The notes under the pieces were generated by a model. It had not been told where the DNA came from, did no database searches, and saw only the letters and a list, made by a program, of their open reading frames with translations. A stretch of DNA of 64,000 nt from Candidatus Nomurabacteria bacterium RIFCSPLOWO2_01_FULL_39_18 (GTDB lineage Bacteria; Patescibacteriota; Minisyncoccia; Phycocordibacterales; UBA9973), in contig MFUV01000005.1 in assembly GCA_001787005.1 (NCBI GenBank), forward strand, positions 2,764 through 66,763. The letters are read 5' to 3'. This document shows positions 38,314-46,911 of the stretch, one piece after another. The translations under genes were made by a program, and so were the position numbers. Within the stretch, counting starts at the first letter, position 1; every line of letters begins with the position of its first letter.

Positions 38314-38893
38314 ATTTTTCAATATACTCCAACGAGTCTGGGGTAGAAGCGAGATGAAGTGATTTCAGATCCATCGCAACTCTGCCCAAAATTTCCACTT
38401 CTGCGCAGTTTTCCGCAAGGTGTCTGAATTTTTCAAAAAGCACCCTAAGGTTAGTTTTCTCTTCTTCAAAAACTTGCGTAAATTCTTCCACTGCTTCGTT
38501 TAAGGGTGCTTCGTCTTCATATAGTTGAGCGTAAAGCGCCATACCTCCTAATCTGATTTCGGGTTCTTTTGGCACAAGCTGAGGTCCTTGCTGTTTATTT
38601 TTTATAGCCATACGTCGCTTGTATTCTTTATATTCACTCTCTCTAAACATTTCACGGGGCGTCACTTTTTCTTTTGTTGCAAAATATTTTTTTGCTACAG
38701 ATTGAATATCTCCCAGCGAATCCAAGCATATAGACTTGACAATATCTAAGACAACCAGAATTTCCATTCTAGCTTCTGTTGTCTTCTCTTCTCTCCTTCT
38801 GTCTTCTTTACTGATACTTACAACCTTTTTCCCGCTAATTCCGTTTTCCATAAAATTAATTATAAGTTTACCCGTACACCTAGCATAAGTCAA
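38267..38893 (-). CDS. Hypothetical protein (start probably the internal MENGISGKK Met at about 38852)
   Basis: ORF on the minus strand. A CCCGTAC-type hairpin overlies the first 14 codons of the track ORF, so these are probably 5' leader. Confidence 0.45.
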   Translation of the reverse strand: MTYARCTGKLIINFMENGISGKKVVSISKEDRRREEKTTEARMEILVVLDIVKSICLDSLGDIQSVAKKYFATKEKVTPREMFRESEYKEYKRRMAIKNKQQGPQLVPKEPEIRLGGMALYAQLYEDEAPLNEAVEEFTQVFEEEKTNLRVLFEKFRHLAENCAEVEILGRVAMDLKSLHLASTPDSLEYIEKFKERLEEMFEQVPKG

Positions 38894-39002
38894 AGTTAAG
38901 TGTGCGGGTTTGATGCATTTAACGGCTTTTTCTGTTACCTTGACTTTTGTACTGATTAAACATATACTATAAAAGTATTATAAGTTAATATTATATAATC
39001 AT

Positions 39003-39224
39003 ATGTCTACAATATCTGTGCCTTTAAATCCTAAACTAGAGGCGTCATTGGATAATTTAATAAGATCTGGCTTTAGAGACAATAAAGCCGCAGTTATGCG
39101 AGAAGCTCTGTCTCGTCTTGCTGAGGAGGAGGCAATTCAAGTTGTACTTCGGGCTGAACAGGAAATATCACAAGGTAAAGGATTACGAGGAGATTTAAGA
39201 GATCTGATGAAAAAAATAAAATAA
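39003..39224 (+). CDS. ParD/RHH-like type II antitoxin
   Basis: 73 aa. N-terminal beta-strand followed by helices (..AAVMREALSRLAEEE..). Directly precedes a RelE/ParE-like ORF. Confidence 0.6.
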   Translation: MSTISVPLNPKLEASLDNLIRSGFRDNKAAVMREALSRLAEEEAIQVVLRAEQEISQGKGLRGDLRDLMKKIK

Positions 39225-39225
39225 A

Positions 39226-39486
39226 ATGCTTGAGCTCACTTATGCCCCGATCTTTATTAAAGAATTCAAAAAACCAGAAGCATTTTTACAGGAGGAGGTT
39301 AAAGAAAAAATAGAATTATTTAAAGACTCATCGAACCATAAACAATTAAGAGTTCATAAACTAAAAGGTCCCATGAAAGACAGATACAGTTTTTCTGTAA
39401 GTTACAGTTTCCGAGTTGTTTTTTCCTATGCCTCAAAAACAAGAGTCAATATTTTATCACTTGGTGACCACGACATTTATGATTAA
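39226..39486 (+). CDS. RelE/ParE-family toxin
   Basis: 86 aa with QLRVHKLKG...YSFRV...ILSLGDHDIY, a pattern typical of RelE/ParE. Starts 2 nt after the antitoxin stop. Confidence 0.7.
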   Translation: MLELTYAPIFIKEFKKPEAFLQEEVKEKIELFKDSSNHKQLRVHKLKGPMKDRYSFSVSYSFRVVFSYASKTRVNILSLGDHDIYD

Positions 39487-39507
39487 GTGGCGGAAGTTTC
39501 TGCTTGC

Positions 39508-40581
39508 CTACAAAAGCTTACTTTGTTTTTCTTTCACCTTAACCCCCAGATGTTCGTACGCCTTCTTGGTAGCCACCCGGCCGCGAGCAGTGCGCTCGAG
39601 GAGTCCAAGCTGGATTAAATATGGCTCTATTACTTCTTCCACTGTCGCTTCTTCCTCAGACATCGCTGCTCCGATAGTTTTCAATCCCACCGGTCCGCCA
39701 CCGAATTTCTTAATTAATATTTCCAGAAATTTTCTATCAGAAGGATCTAAGCCGAGTTCATCAATCGCCAGCATGGCAAGGGCACTTTTCGTTGTTTCTT
39801 TACTTATGGTTTTTTTGCCTGCCCCGTAGGAAGCAAGATTCCCTTCGGGGTGAACTTGAGCAAAGTCTCGGACTCGTTTTAAGAAATAGTTAGCCGTGCG
39901 GGGAGTGAACCTGCTTCGTTTAGCTATCTCTTCCAGAGCGCCACTGTCTAATTTTGCCTTAAGTAATTTACTAGATCTTTCTATTATTTTTTCAATCTCT
40001 TTATTTGAGTAAAATTCCAGCCTGAAAACTCCACCAGAGAATCTTGATCGTAGCGGTGAAGAAATCAAAGCTACTCGGGTGGTAGCCGCTATCAAGGTGA
40101 AAGGGGGGAGATCTAATTGAATTGTTCTGGCAGATGGTCCCTTGCCGAGGATGATATCTAGAACTCCAGACTCCATGGCAGGGTAGAGTATTTCTTCAAC
40201 CATTTTATTGAGTCGATGGATTTCATCAATGAAAAGGATATCGCCCGGGGATAAATTTGTAAGAATGGAAGCCAAGTCACCCACTTTCACGATTGCTGGT
40301 CCGGAAGTGATTTTTATTTGTCGGTTGGTTTCCTTGGCAATCAGATGAGCCAAGGTGGTTTTACCTAGACCTGGGGGACCATAGAAAAGAATGTGTTCTG
40401 GTATATGTCCGCGCTCTTTGGCAGCTTGTAAAAGAATTTTGACGTTATCCTTTATGTGTTTTTGGCCTATATACTCATCAAAACGCGTAGGACGCAAGGT
40501 CTGGTCCAAAAAAGAATCTTCAGATTTACTTGCCCCGCCCTGGCTTCTGGCGCTTGTTTCTTTGGTTATTTTGCTTGACAT
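39508..40581 (-). CDS. ruvB: Holliday junction branch-migration helicase RuvB
   Basis: ILFYGPPGLGKTTLAHLIA and DILFIDEIHRL. Carries a 30-nt GC-rich palindromic insert at 39821-39850, translated as PEGNLASYGAGKK. Confidence 0.95.
   Translation of the reverse strand: MSSKITKETSARSQGGASKSEDSFLDQTLRPTRFDEYIGQKHIKDNVKILLQAAKERGHIPEHILFYGPPGLGKTTLAHLIAKETNRQIKITSGPAIVKVGDLASILTNLSPGDILFIDEIHRLNKMVEEILYPAMESGVLDIILGKGPSARTIQLDLPPFTLIAATTRVALISSPLRSRFSGGVFRLEFYSNKEIEKIIERSSKLLKAKLDSGALEEIAKRSRFTPRTANYFLKRVRDFAQVHPEGNLASYGAGKKTISKETTKSALAMLAIDELGLDPSDRKFLEILIKKFGGGPVGLKTIGAAMSEEEATVEEVIEPYLIQLGLLERTARGRVATKKAYEHLGVKVKEKQSKLL
39821..39850. repeat. CCCCGTAGGAAGC...TTCCcTTCGGGG palindromic element inside ruvB
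   Basis: Imperfect palindrome. Same family as 53858-53889 (uvrA), 56331-56360 (intergenic), and the degenerate copies at 2877-2908 and 35497-35527. Confidence 0.6.
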
Positions 40582-40866
40582 TGATTTAATAATATGTTAT
40601 ACTACTTGTATGGTACATTTATCAACAGGGTATCAACAAGGCTATCAACATTATAGCATTTGTCGCTCTTCCCATATAGTAAAATGTATTTAGGAAGTTA
40701 TTTGATGAAAGAAGGCATTAATCTCTAAGCAATCAGCCACCGGTTATACGAGTTTGCATAGGACGTTCTGGTACTTTTATTAGTTCTCTGGCGCTATCCT
40801 ATAATAATTTGTTACTCTTCTAGCACAGCTAGGAAAGGATTGTTTAGAGATTAATGCTTTTTCTTT

Positions 40867-40980
40867 GTGAGGAATAAAATATGAAAGTTTTAGAGCACGG
40901 ATATTTTTTTGCTAAAAAATTCCTCGTGCTCGCACCGTCGTGCTCCCAAGTCTCTAAAACTTTCATATTTTATTCCTCAC
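40867..40980. mobile_element. MITE-like element with 29-bp perfect terminal inverted repeats (GTGAGGAATAAAATATGAAAGTTTTAGAG)
   Basis: Left arm 40867-40895 and right arm 40952-40980 are exact reverse complements. A 56-nt GC-richer core has its own inverted repeats. The right arm encodes the last three codons (SEE) and the stop of pilB. Confidence 0.5.
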
Positions 40981-42691
40981 TTAGATCCACCACACTTCGC
41001 ACTTCTTCGAGTGAAGTAATTCCATTTAATACTTTTACCAAACCATCCTGGCGCATTGAAAGTATCCCTTGATTGCGCGCCACTCTCTTGATTTCATGTT
41101 CACTCGGATTTTCAGGCATTATTTTCTCAACCGCTTCATTGGTTATAATCGCCTCAAAAATTCCTATTCTTCCATTGTAACCAGTTTTATTACATTTCTC
41201 ACAGCCGACTGGAGCGAAAAATTTAACAGGCGCGTCTGGGTTTATATTATAGCTTGTGAGGCTTTTGCCCTCATCTTTGATGCTATCCATCACTAGTTTT
41301 ACAGTTTTCGATTCCTCTTCAGTCGGCGTATATTCTTTCCTACAAAATGTGCAAAGAATACGCACCAAGCGCTGAGCCATGGAAAGGGACAGCGCTGAGA
41401 CCAAAATTTTTGGGTTCACTCCAAGGTCAATAAGACGCGGGATGACACCGGCGGCGTTGTTGGTGTGAAGTGTTGAGAAAACCATGTGGCCGGTCAAAGA
41501 CGACTGCACTGCGATTTCCGCTGTATCCCCGTCACGGATTTCTCCAACCATTATTACGTCTGGATCTTGCCGGAGTGCCGAGCGTAGTCCTTCAGGGAAA
41601 GTATAGCCTCTTTTCAGATTTATTTGGGTTTGAGTTATGCCAACTAAATGATACTCCACCGGATCTTCAATGGTGATTATATTTATTTCCGGTGAATAAA
41701 TTTTTCGCAAAAATGCGTAGAGAGTCGTAGTTTTACCAGAGCCCGTTGGACCCGTGACCAGAATCAAGCCGTTTGGTTTTTTGATTTGATCTTGGACGAT
41801 TTTAAAAAGGTATGGTTCAATTCCTAATTTTTCAAATTCCACCTGGATGGATTTCGGATCCAATATACGCATAACAATTGCTTCACCGTATGCACCGGGG
41901 ATTAAGGAAACACGGATATTTATTTCCTCATCTTTTTCCATAATATTGAAGCGCCCATCTTGGGCTACTTTTGAAGTTAACTTCATTCCCGAGAGGAGTT
42001 TAATGCGAGAATTAAGTAAGCGATACACATCAGATCCAAAAAAGTTTATATCCTGAAGCACCCCATCAAGCCGCAACCGCAGTCTGCTCCTGTCTTTCTC
42101 TGGTTCTATGTGCACGTCAGAAGCGCGAATCGCTATTGCTCCAGCTAAAATTATTTCGAGCAGACGAGAAATTCTATGAGTTTTATTCGCTTCCAAAGTT
42201 TCTACTACTAATTTTTCAATATCTTGGATGTGATGTATGTTCTTCGCCGTATTTGTTAAAATTTCTCCGGAAATATCTAAACCCCCGATTCTAGAACTTT
42301 CAGCCATTGAAAGCTCCTTATATCTTTCCCAGACCTTGTTTAGACTTGCGCTAGATGTCATATAGAAAGTCGGATTCAGATTTTTTCTTTCCATATCTTC
42401 TTTTAGTTTTTTAAAAAGATCCTCTGAAGGCGCGCGGACAGCTATATAGACGTTATCTCCGAACAGTTTAAAAGGTGCGACTTTCATCGCGATGGCGTCA
42501 GCCTCCGGAATCGCTCTCAAGGCTTCATTATCCACACCAATACGATGGAGATCAATATAGGGGAGACCGTATTTTGATTCGGCCAAAGTTGCTACTAGTT
42601 GCTCTTCCTCTTGTTTATGCAATTCTTCTAGTTGCCTATTTTGTTTTTCCTCATTAAAATCCTTTGCCACACATAAAGTATACCCCCACAC
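40970..42691 (-). CDS. pilB: Type IV pilus / type II secretion assembly ATPase (PilB/GspE family)
   Basis: N-terminal GspE-N domain. Walker A LVTGPTGSGKTTTLYA. Asp box. C-terminal tetra-Cys CTFCRKEY...CEKCNKTGYNGRIGIFE. The true start is probably the internal GTG (..AKDFNEE), because the track start lies inside the 23-bp palindrome. Confidence 0.85.
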   Translation of the reverse strand: MWGYTLCVAKDFNEEKQNRQLEELHKQEEEQLVATLAESKYGLPYIDLHRIGVDNEALRAIPEADAIAMKVAPFKLFGDNVYIAVRAPSEDLFKKLKEDMERKNLNPTFYMTSSASLNKVWERYKELSMAESSRIGGLDISGEILTNTAKNIHHIQDIEKLVVETLEANKTHRISRLLEIILAGAIAIRASDVHIEPEKDRSRLRLRLDGVLQDINFFGSDVYRLLNSRIKLLSGMKLTSKVAQDGRFNIMEKDEEINIRVSLIPGAYGEAIVMRILDPKSIQVEFEKLGIEPYLFKIVQDQIKKPNGLILVTGPTGSGKTTTLYAFLRKIYSPEINIITIEDPVEYHLVGITQTQINLKRGYTFPEGLRSALRQDPDVIMVGEIRDGDTAEIAVQSSLTGHMVFSTLHTNNAAGVIPRLIDLGVNPKILVSALSLSMAQRLVRILCTFCRKEYTPTEEESKTVKLVMDSIKDEGKSLTSYNINPDAPVKFFAPVGCEKCNKTGYNGRIGIFEAIITNEAVEKIMPENPSEHEIKRVARNQGILSMRQDGLVKVLNGITSLEEVRSVVDLSEE

Positions 42692-42725
42692 TTATTTTAT
42701 TCAAAATAAGTGTGGGGGTATACTT
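42676..42725. promoter_or_regulatory. Perfect palindrome with 23-bp arms and a 4-nt loop in the divergent pilB/polA promoter region
   Basis: aagtatacccccacacttatttt-attc-aaaataagtgtgggggtatactt. Immediately followed by TATAAT (42732-42737) and the polA ATG at 42745. Confidence 0.5.
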
Positions 42726-42744
42726 AAGTGGTATAATTTTCACA

Positions 42745-45135
42745 ATGAATAAAGACAAGAAAACACTGGTCCTGCTCGATGCTCACGCTATCATACATCG
42801 TGCTTATCATGCCTTGCCAGAGTTCTTGTCGTCGAAGGGCGAGCCCACTGGGGCGCTCTATGGACTCTCTACCATGCTGATGAAGATAATTGCTGATCTA
42901 AAACCCGATTACATCGTGGCTTGCTATGATTTACCGGACAAAACTTTTAGGCATGAAGCATATGATGGCTATAAAGCAGGCAGGGCGAAAACAGATGATG
43001 CGCTCATTTTGCAATTAAAAAACTCTCATCAGATTTTCGAAGCATTTAATATACCCCTCTATAATGCGCCAGGATTTGAAGCGGATGATGTGCTGGGGAC
43101 GATAGTAGAGAGATTCAAGGGGGACAAAGATCTGAACATCATCATTGCTTCTGGCGATATGGACACGATGCAGTTAGTCGATGATAAAAAAGTGCAGGTT
43201 TATACTTTGAAGAAAGGCATCAATGATACAATTTTATATGATGAAGAAAAGGTGGTGGAGAGATTTGGTTTTAAGCCCAAATTTTTGCCGGACTACAAGG
43301 GGCTACGTGGCGACCCATCGGATAACATCAAAGGCATTAAGGGAATCGGAGAAAAAACAGCGCAGACCCTGATAGTAAACTTCGGCACGATTGAAGAGAT
43401 TTATAAAAAAATAAAAAAAGATGAAAAATCTTTCACCATAGCCGGGGTTAGTCCTCGAATGATCGAGTTGGTAAAAAATAACGAAGAAGAAGCTTTATTT
43501 TCGAAAACTCTGGCGACAATCCGGACTAATGTGCCGATAGATTTTAAAATACCGGGAAAAACTTTTTGGGACAACGCTGATCTAAAAAAGATTGAACAAG
43601 TTTTCATATTATTTGAATTTCGTTCTTTATTTGCGCGTTTGAAAAGCTTTTTTAGAAAAAGTGGGAACGAAAACAGCTCTAACCAGCTTCTTTTTGTCGA
43701 AGAAAATAAGACGAACGAGAAAGATGTAGATCCGATTAAACTTCAAGAAGCTTCTATCGCGCTTTGGCTTATCAACTCGGATATCTCAAATCCAAGCTTA
43801 GAAGATATTTTACAATTTGCCAATACGGATGATTTTATTGTGGCATATGAGTATATTTTAAAAGAGCTAAAGGAGAAAAAACTAGATTTAGTATTCTCCG
43901 AAATAGAGAAACCCATTATGCACACAGTAAAAGAGATGGAAGACTACGGGATTCTGATAGATAAAAAATATTTTAAAAAATTATCTGATGAATATCATAG
44001 AGAATTAGATATATTGACGAAAAAAATTTACAAAATGGCTGGCATGGAATTTAATATAAATTCACCGAAACAATTAGGCGAAATTCTTTTCGATAAATTG
44101 GGCATGAAGTCAAGCAAAAAGAAAAACGCAAGTGGATCTTTCTCCACTAAGGTTTCTATTTTGGAAGAATTAGAAGATGAAAATGAGATCATAAAAGAGA
44201 TACTAGCCTATCGCGAACTCCAGAAATTGCTTTCTACTTACATTGATGTAATACCCAAGATGGTGGGGGAGGATGGCCGTCTACATGCGAAATTTCTGCA
44301 AAATGGGGCGACGACGGGTAGATTCTCTTCACAAGATCCAAATTTACAGAATCTGCCGATAAAAACTGAACTAGGCAGAAGGATCAGAAGCGGATTTGTA
44401 GCGACGCCTGGGCACAAACTTTGCGCTTTCGATTACAGTCAGATAGAGCTGCGGGTGGTGGCAATGCTCTCGGGAGATAAAAAGATGACGCAAATATTCC
44501 GTGAGGGGAAGGATATTCACGCGGGCGTAGCGTCTTTTGTATTCGGAGTACCTATTGAGAAGGTTGATAGTGAAATGCGCCGCAAAGCAAAAATAATAAA
44601 TTTTGGCATTATTTATGGCATGGGGATTTCTGCCCTGAAGAAGAACCTCAAAGGCACGCGCGAAGAAGCGCAAAAATTTCATAATAATTATTTTAATCAA
44701 TTCTCCGGCGTACGAGATTATTTAGAAGAGGTGAAAGCTTTCGCCCTTAAAAATCTCCACACTGAAACCCTATTCGGTCGGCGTCGATATTTCCCTAATA
44801 TAAATTCCAGAATCCCATTTTTGAAAAATATAGCAGAACGTACAGCTACCAATGCTCCGATTCAGGGCACAGCCACGGCTGACATCATTAAGCTTGCCAT
44901 TCGATATGCCGATGAAGATTTAGAGGCGGCAGGAATAAAAGATCGAGTTCATCTCATTCTCCAGATACACGATGAACTGGTATATGAAATACATGAAAGC
45001 GCGACAGAAAAAGCTTCCAAGATAATAAAAAAAGCGATGGAAGGGGTGCTGGAACGTTCATATCTTCATTTTAAAACAGACATCCCGCTAGTTGTTCATT
45101 CTAGTTCAGGGAATAATTTCGGAGAGGTGAAATAA
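42745..45135 (+). CDS. polA: DNA polymerase I (5'-3' exonuclease + polymerase domains)
   Basis: 5'-nuclease motifs in the N-terminal 250 aa. Polymerase motifs DYSQIELR, RRKAKIINFGIIYGM and QIHDELVYE. The start is taken as the MNKDKK Met; the track ORF begins upstream inside the palindrome. Confidence 0.9.
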   Translation: MNKDKKTLVLLDAHAIIHRAYHALPEFLSSKGEPTGALYGLSTMLMKIIADLKPDYIVACYDLPDKTFRHEAYDGYKAGRAKTDDALILQLKNSHQIFEAFNIPLYNAPGFEADDVLGTIVERFKGDKDLNIIIASGDMDTMQLVDDKKVQVYTLKKGINDTILYDEEKVVERFGFKPKFLPDYKGLRGDPSDNIKGIKGIGEKTAQTLIVNFGTIEEIYKKIKKDEKSFTIAGVSPRMIELVKNNEEEALFSKTLATIRTNVPIDFKIPGKTFWDNADLKKIEQVFILFEFRSLFARLKSFFRKSGNENSSNQLLFVEENKTNEKDVDPIKLQEASIALWLINSDISNPSLEDILQFANTDDFIVAYEYILKELKEKKLDLVFSEIEKPIMHTVKEMEDYGILIDKKYFKKLSDEYHRELDILTKKIYKMAGMEFNINSPKQLGEILFDKLGMKSSKKKNASGSFSTKVSILEELEDENEIIKEILAYRELQKLLSTYIDVIPKMVGEDGRLHAKFLQNGATTGRFSSQDPNLQNLPIKTELGRRIRSGFVATPGHKLCAFDYSQIELRVVAMLSGDKKMTQIFREGKDIHAGVASFVFGVPIEKVDSEMRRKAKIINFGIIYGMGISALKKNLKGTREEAQKFHNNYFNQFSGVRDYLEEVKAFALKNLHTETLFGRRRYFPNINSRIPFLKNIAERTATNAPIQGTATADIIKLAIRYADEDLEAAGIKDRVHLILQIHDELVYEIHESATEKASKIIKKAMEGVLERSYLHFKTDIPLVVHSSSGNNFGEVK

Positions 45136-45159
45136 ATATTTTTATAATATAATAAAGAA

Positions 45160-45549
45160 ATGGAAAAAGAAAATAAAAAACATGGCGTGTTATTAACAGT
45201 GTGGGTAGTTCTGATAATAATCATTAATGTTATTATCAGCGCAGGTTGGTTGTGGGAATCAATACATCCATATACGCCAGAGTCTACATCACTTTGGCTA
45301 ATATATGTTTATGTAATATCAGGATTCGTCAATGTTGTGTTTATAGTATTTTTATTCAGGTGGAAAAAATGGGCATTTTTTGCTTATTTTGGGAGTGTGG
45401 TTGTTGTTTTTATCTTGAATGTGATTAGTGGAAGGATAGAACTCATTAGTCTTCCATTTAGTCTTCCGTACGCGCTAGTTGGACCAGCCGTTCTTTATTG
45501 GATACTTCATTCCAAGACATTTTATTCTAAGTGGGACTTACTTGAATAA
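45160..45549 (+). CDS. Small integral membrane protein, hypothetical
   Basis: 129 aa with four predicted TM helices. Confidence 0.45.
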   Translation: MEKENKKHGVLLTVWVVLIIIINVIISAGWLWESIHPYTPESTSLWLIYVYVISGFVNVVFIVFLFRWKKWAFFAYFGSVVVVFILNVISGRIELISLPFSLPYALVGPAVLYWILHSKTFYSKWDLLE

Positions 45550-45575
45550 TTTTGGATAGGTAAAGTAACCAATAA

Positions 45576-46318
45576 GAGCTTTAGACTCTCACTGCGAGTT
45601 ATGATATAGTAAGATACATGCGGAAGGAACCACTAATAACGGGAGAGTATTACCATATTTATAATAGAGGCGTAGATAAGCGAGATATTTTTAATAATCT
45701 GAAAGATCTCGAGCGTTTTAAAGAAAGCATAAAACAATTTAATCAAATTGAAGGCATTGGTAGTTTAGAAATGTACAATAAATCAATAAGAGCTTTAGGC
45801 TCTCACCCCGACAGTTATCTGAAATTAAAATCAGAACCACTTGTGGCTATCATTGCTTTTTGTATCAACCCCAATCATTTTCATTTTCTTATTAAACAAC
45901 TTGTCGACGGCGGGATAGCTAAATTTTTTCAAAAACTTCAGGGTGGGTATACTTATTATTTTAATCAAAAAAACCAGAGATCGGGGGCACTACTTCAGGG
46001 GACTTTTAAATCTAAATTAATTAAAAATGATGATTATTTCAGAAAAACATTTGCATATGTAAATCAAAATTATTCTGTTCACAATATTCCTAAAAGCAAA
46101 CTTCCTTTTATTTTTGCAAGTGACACGGAATATGAAAGCGAGCTTTTTAATTTAGTGTCAAAGTCTGAAGGACAAAAGATGCTAGACATTTTTGAAGGTA
46201 AGAATAATCTTAAAAAACATTGTAAAGAAATTATATCAATTATTCGAGAAGAACGGGGGAAAACTTCCCTAGAAGAACCGGATGAATTATTTCAGTGAGA
46301 GTCTAAAGCTCTCACTGG
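45576..46318. mobile_element. IS200/IS605-type (RAYT-like) unit: Y1 HUH transposase gene flanked by 20-bp perfect inverted repeats
   Basis: Left AGAGCTTTAGACTCTCACTG (45576-45595) and right CAGTGAGAGTCTAAAGCTCT (46294-46313) are exact reverse complements. The right flank itself forms a 9-bp-stem hairpin. Confidence 0.6.
45618..46298 (+). CDS. IS200-like / REP-associated tyrosine transposase (HUH Y1 family)
   Basis: YHIYNRGVDKRDIF..ERF, HuH motif NPNHFHFLIK, and YFNQKNQRSGALLQGTFKSKLIKNDDYFRKTFAYVNQN (catalytic Tyr region). These align closely with IS200 TnpA blocks. Confidence 0.8.
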   Translation: MRKEPLITGEYYHIYNRGVDKRDIFNNLKDLERFKESIKQFNQIEGIGSLEMYNKSIRALGSHPDSYLKLKSEPLVAIIAFCINPNHFHFLIKQLVDGGIAKFFQKLQGGYTYYFNQKNQRSGALLQGTFKSKLIKNDDYFRKTFAYVNQNYSVHNIPKSKLPFIFASDTEYESELFNLVSKSEGQKMLDIFEGKNNLKKHCKEIISIIREERGKTSLEEPDELFQ

Positions 46319-46340
46319 GTGATCTTAAAGTTCTTGGGAG

Positions 46341-46835
46341 ATGTTTTTGTGGTACAATACGAAAATGGAAGTAGAAAATAAGAATCTCAATAAACACAAC
46401 ATACACAAGGTTCTGGCACATTCATACACAGCTTATTTCATCTTACTTTTAATAGGTGTTTATTTAGATTTTGTTTTCCAATTTAAAATTTTCCAAGACC
46501 CCGTAATGATACCCGTGGGCTTCCTTTTTTTAGTGTTTGCTACTGTCGTAATAATCTGGGCGCAAAAGACTGGGCGTGATTTAAGAAAAGTTGAGGAAGT
46601 AAAAACAGAGCATTTTTGCCGAGGACCATATTGTTATACCAGAACTCCGACACATTGGGGGCTCTTCTTCTTAGTATTAGGATTTGGGATTATCGCCAAT
46701 GCTCTATTCGTTATTTTATCTACGATTGTTTCTTTTATTATTTCTAAATTCATTTTTATAAAAAAACACGATGAAATTCTTGTAGAAAAATACGGGGATG
46801 CTTATTCAGAATATAAAAAGCTAGTTAAATTCTAA
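46341..46835 (+). CDS. Isoprenylcysteine carboxyl methyltransferase (ICMT/PEMT)-family membrane protein
   Basis: Four TM helices and the motif CRGPYCYTRTPTHWGLFFLVLG, resembling the ICMT signature G.Y..VRHP.Y.G. Confidence 0.55.
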   Translation: MFLWYNTKMEVENKNLNKHNIHKVLAHSYTAYFILLLIGVYLDFVFQFKIFQDPVMIPVGFLFLVFATVVIIWAQKTGRDLRKVEEVKTEHFCRGPYCYTRTPTHWGLFFLVLGFGIIANALFVILSTIVSFIISKFIFIKKHDEILVEKYGDAYSEYKKLVKF

Positions 46836-46911
46836 AATACTTGTCCCGTACTAAATTTTTGATTATGACACATGACCATTATTAATAAAAACTTAAAATT
46901 TTAGTACCGGG

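Noticed and set aside
39416-39829. 137-aa plus-strand ORF overlapping the 3' part of ruvB
   Set aside because: It is antisense to ruvB and runs through the palindromic insert. No support.
40881-41072. 63-aa ORF beginning at the ATG inside the left arm of the MITE-like element
   Set aside because: The ATG is part of the 29-bp terminal repeat (the same sequence occurs in the right arm on the other strand). The ORF runs antisense into pilB and is probably not a gene.
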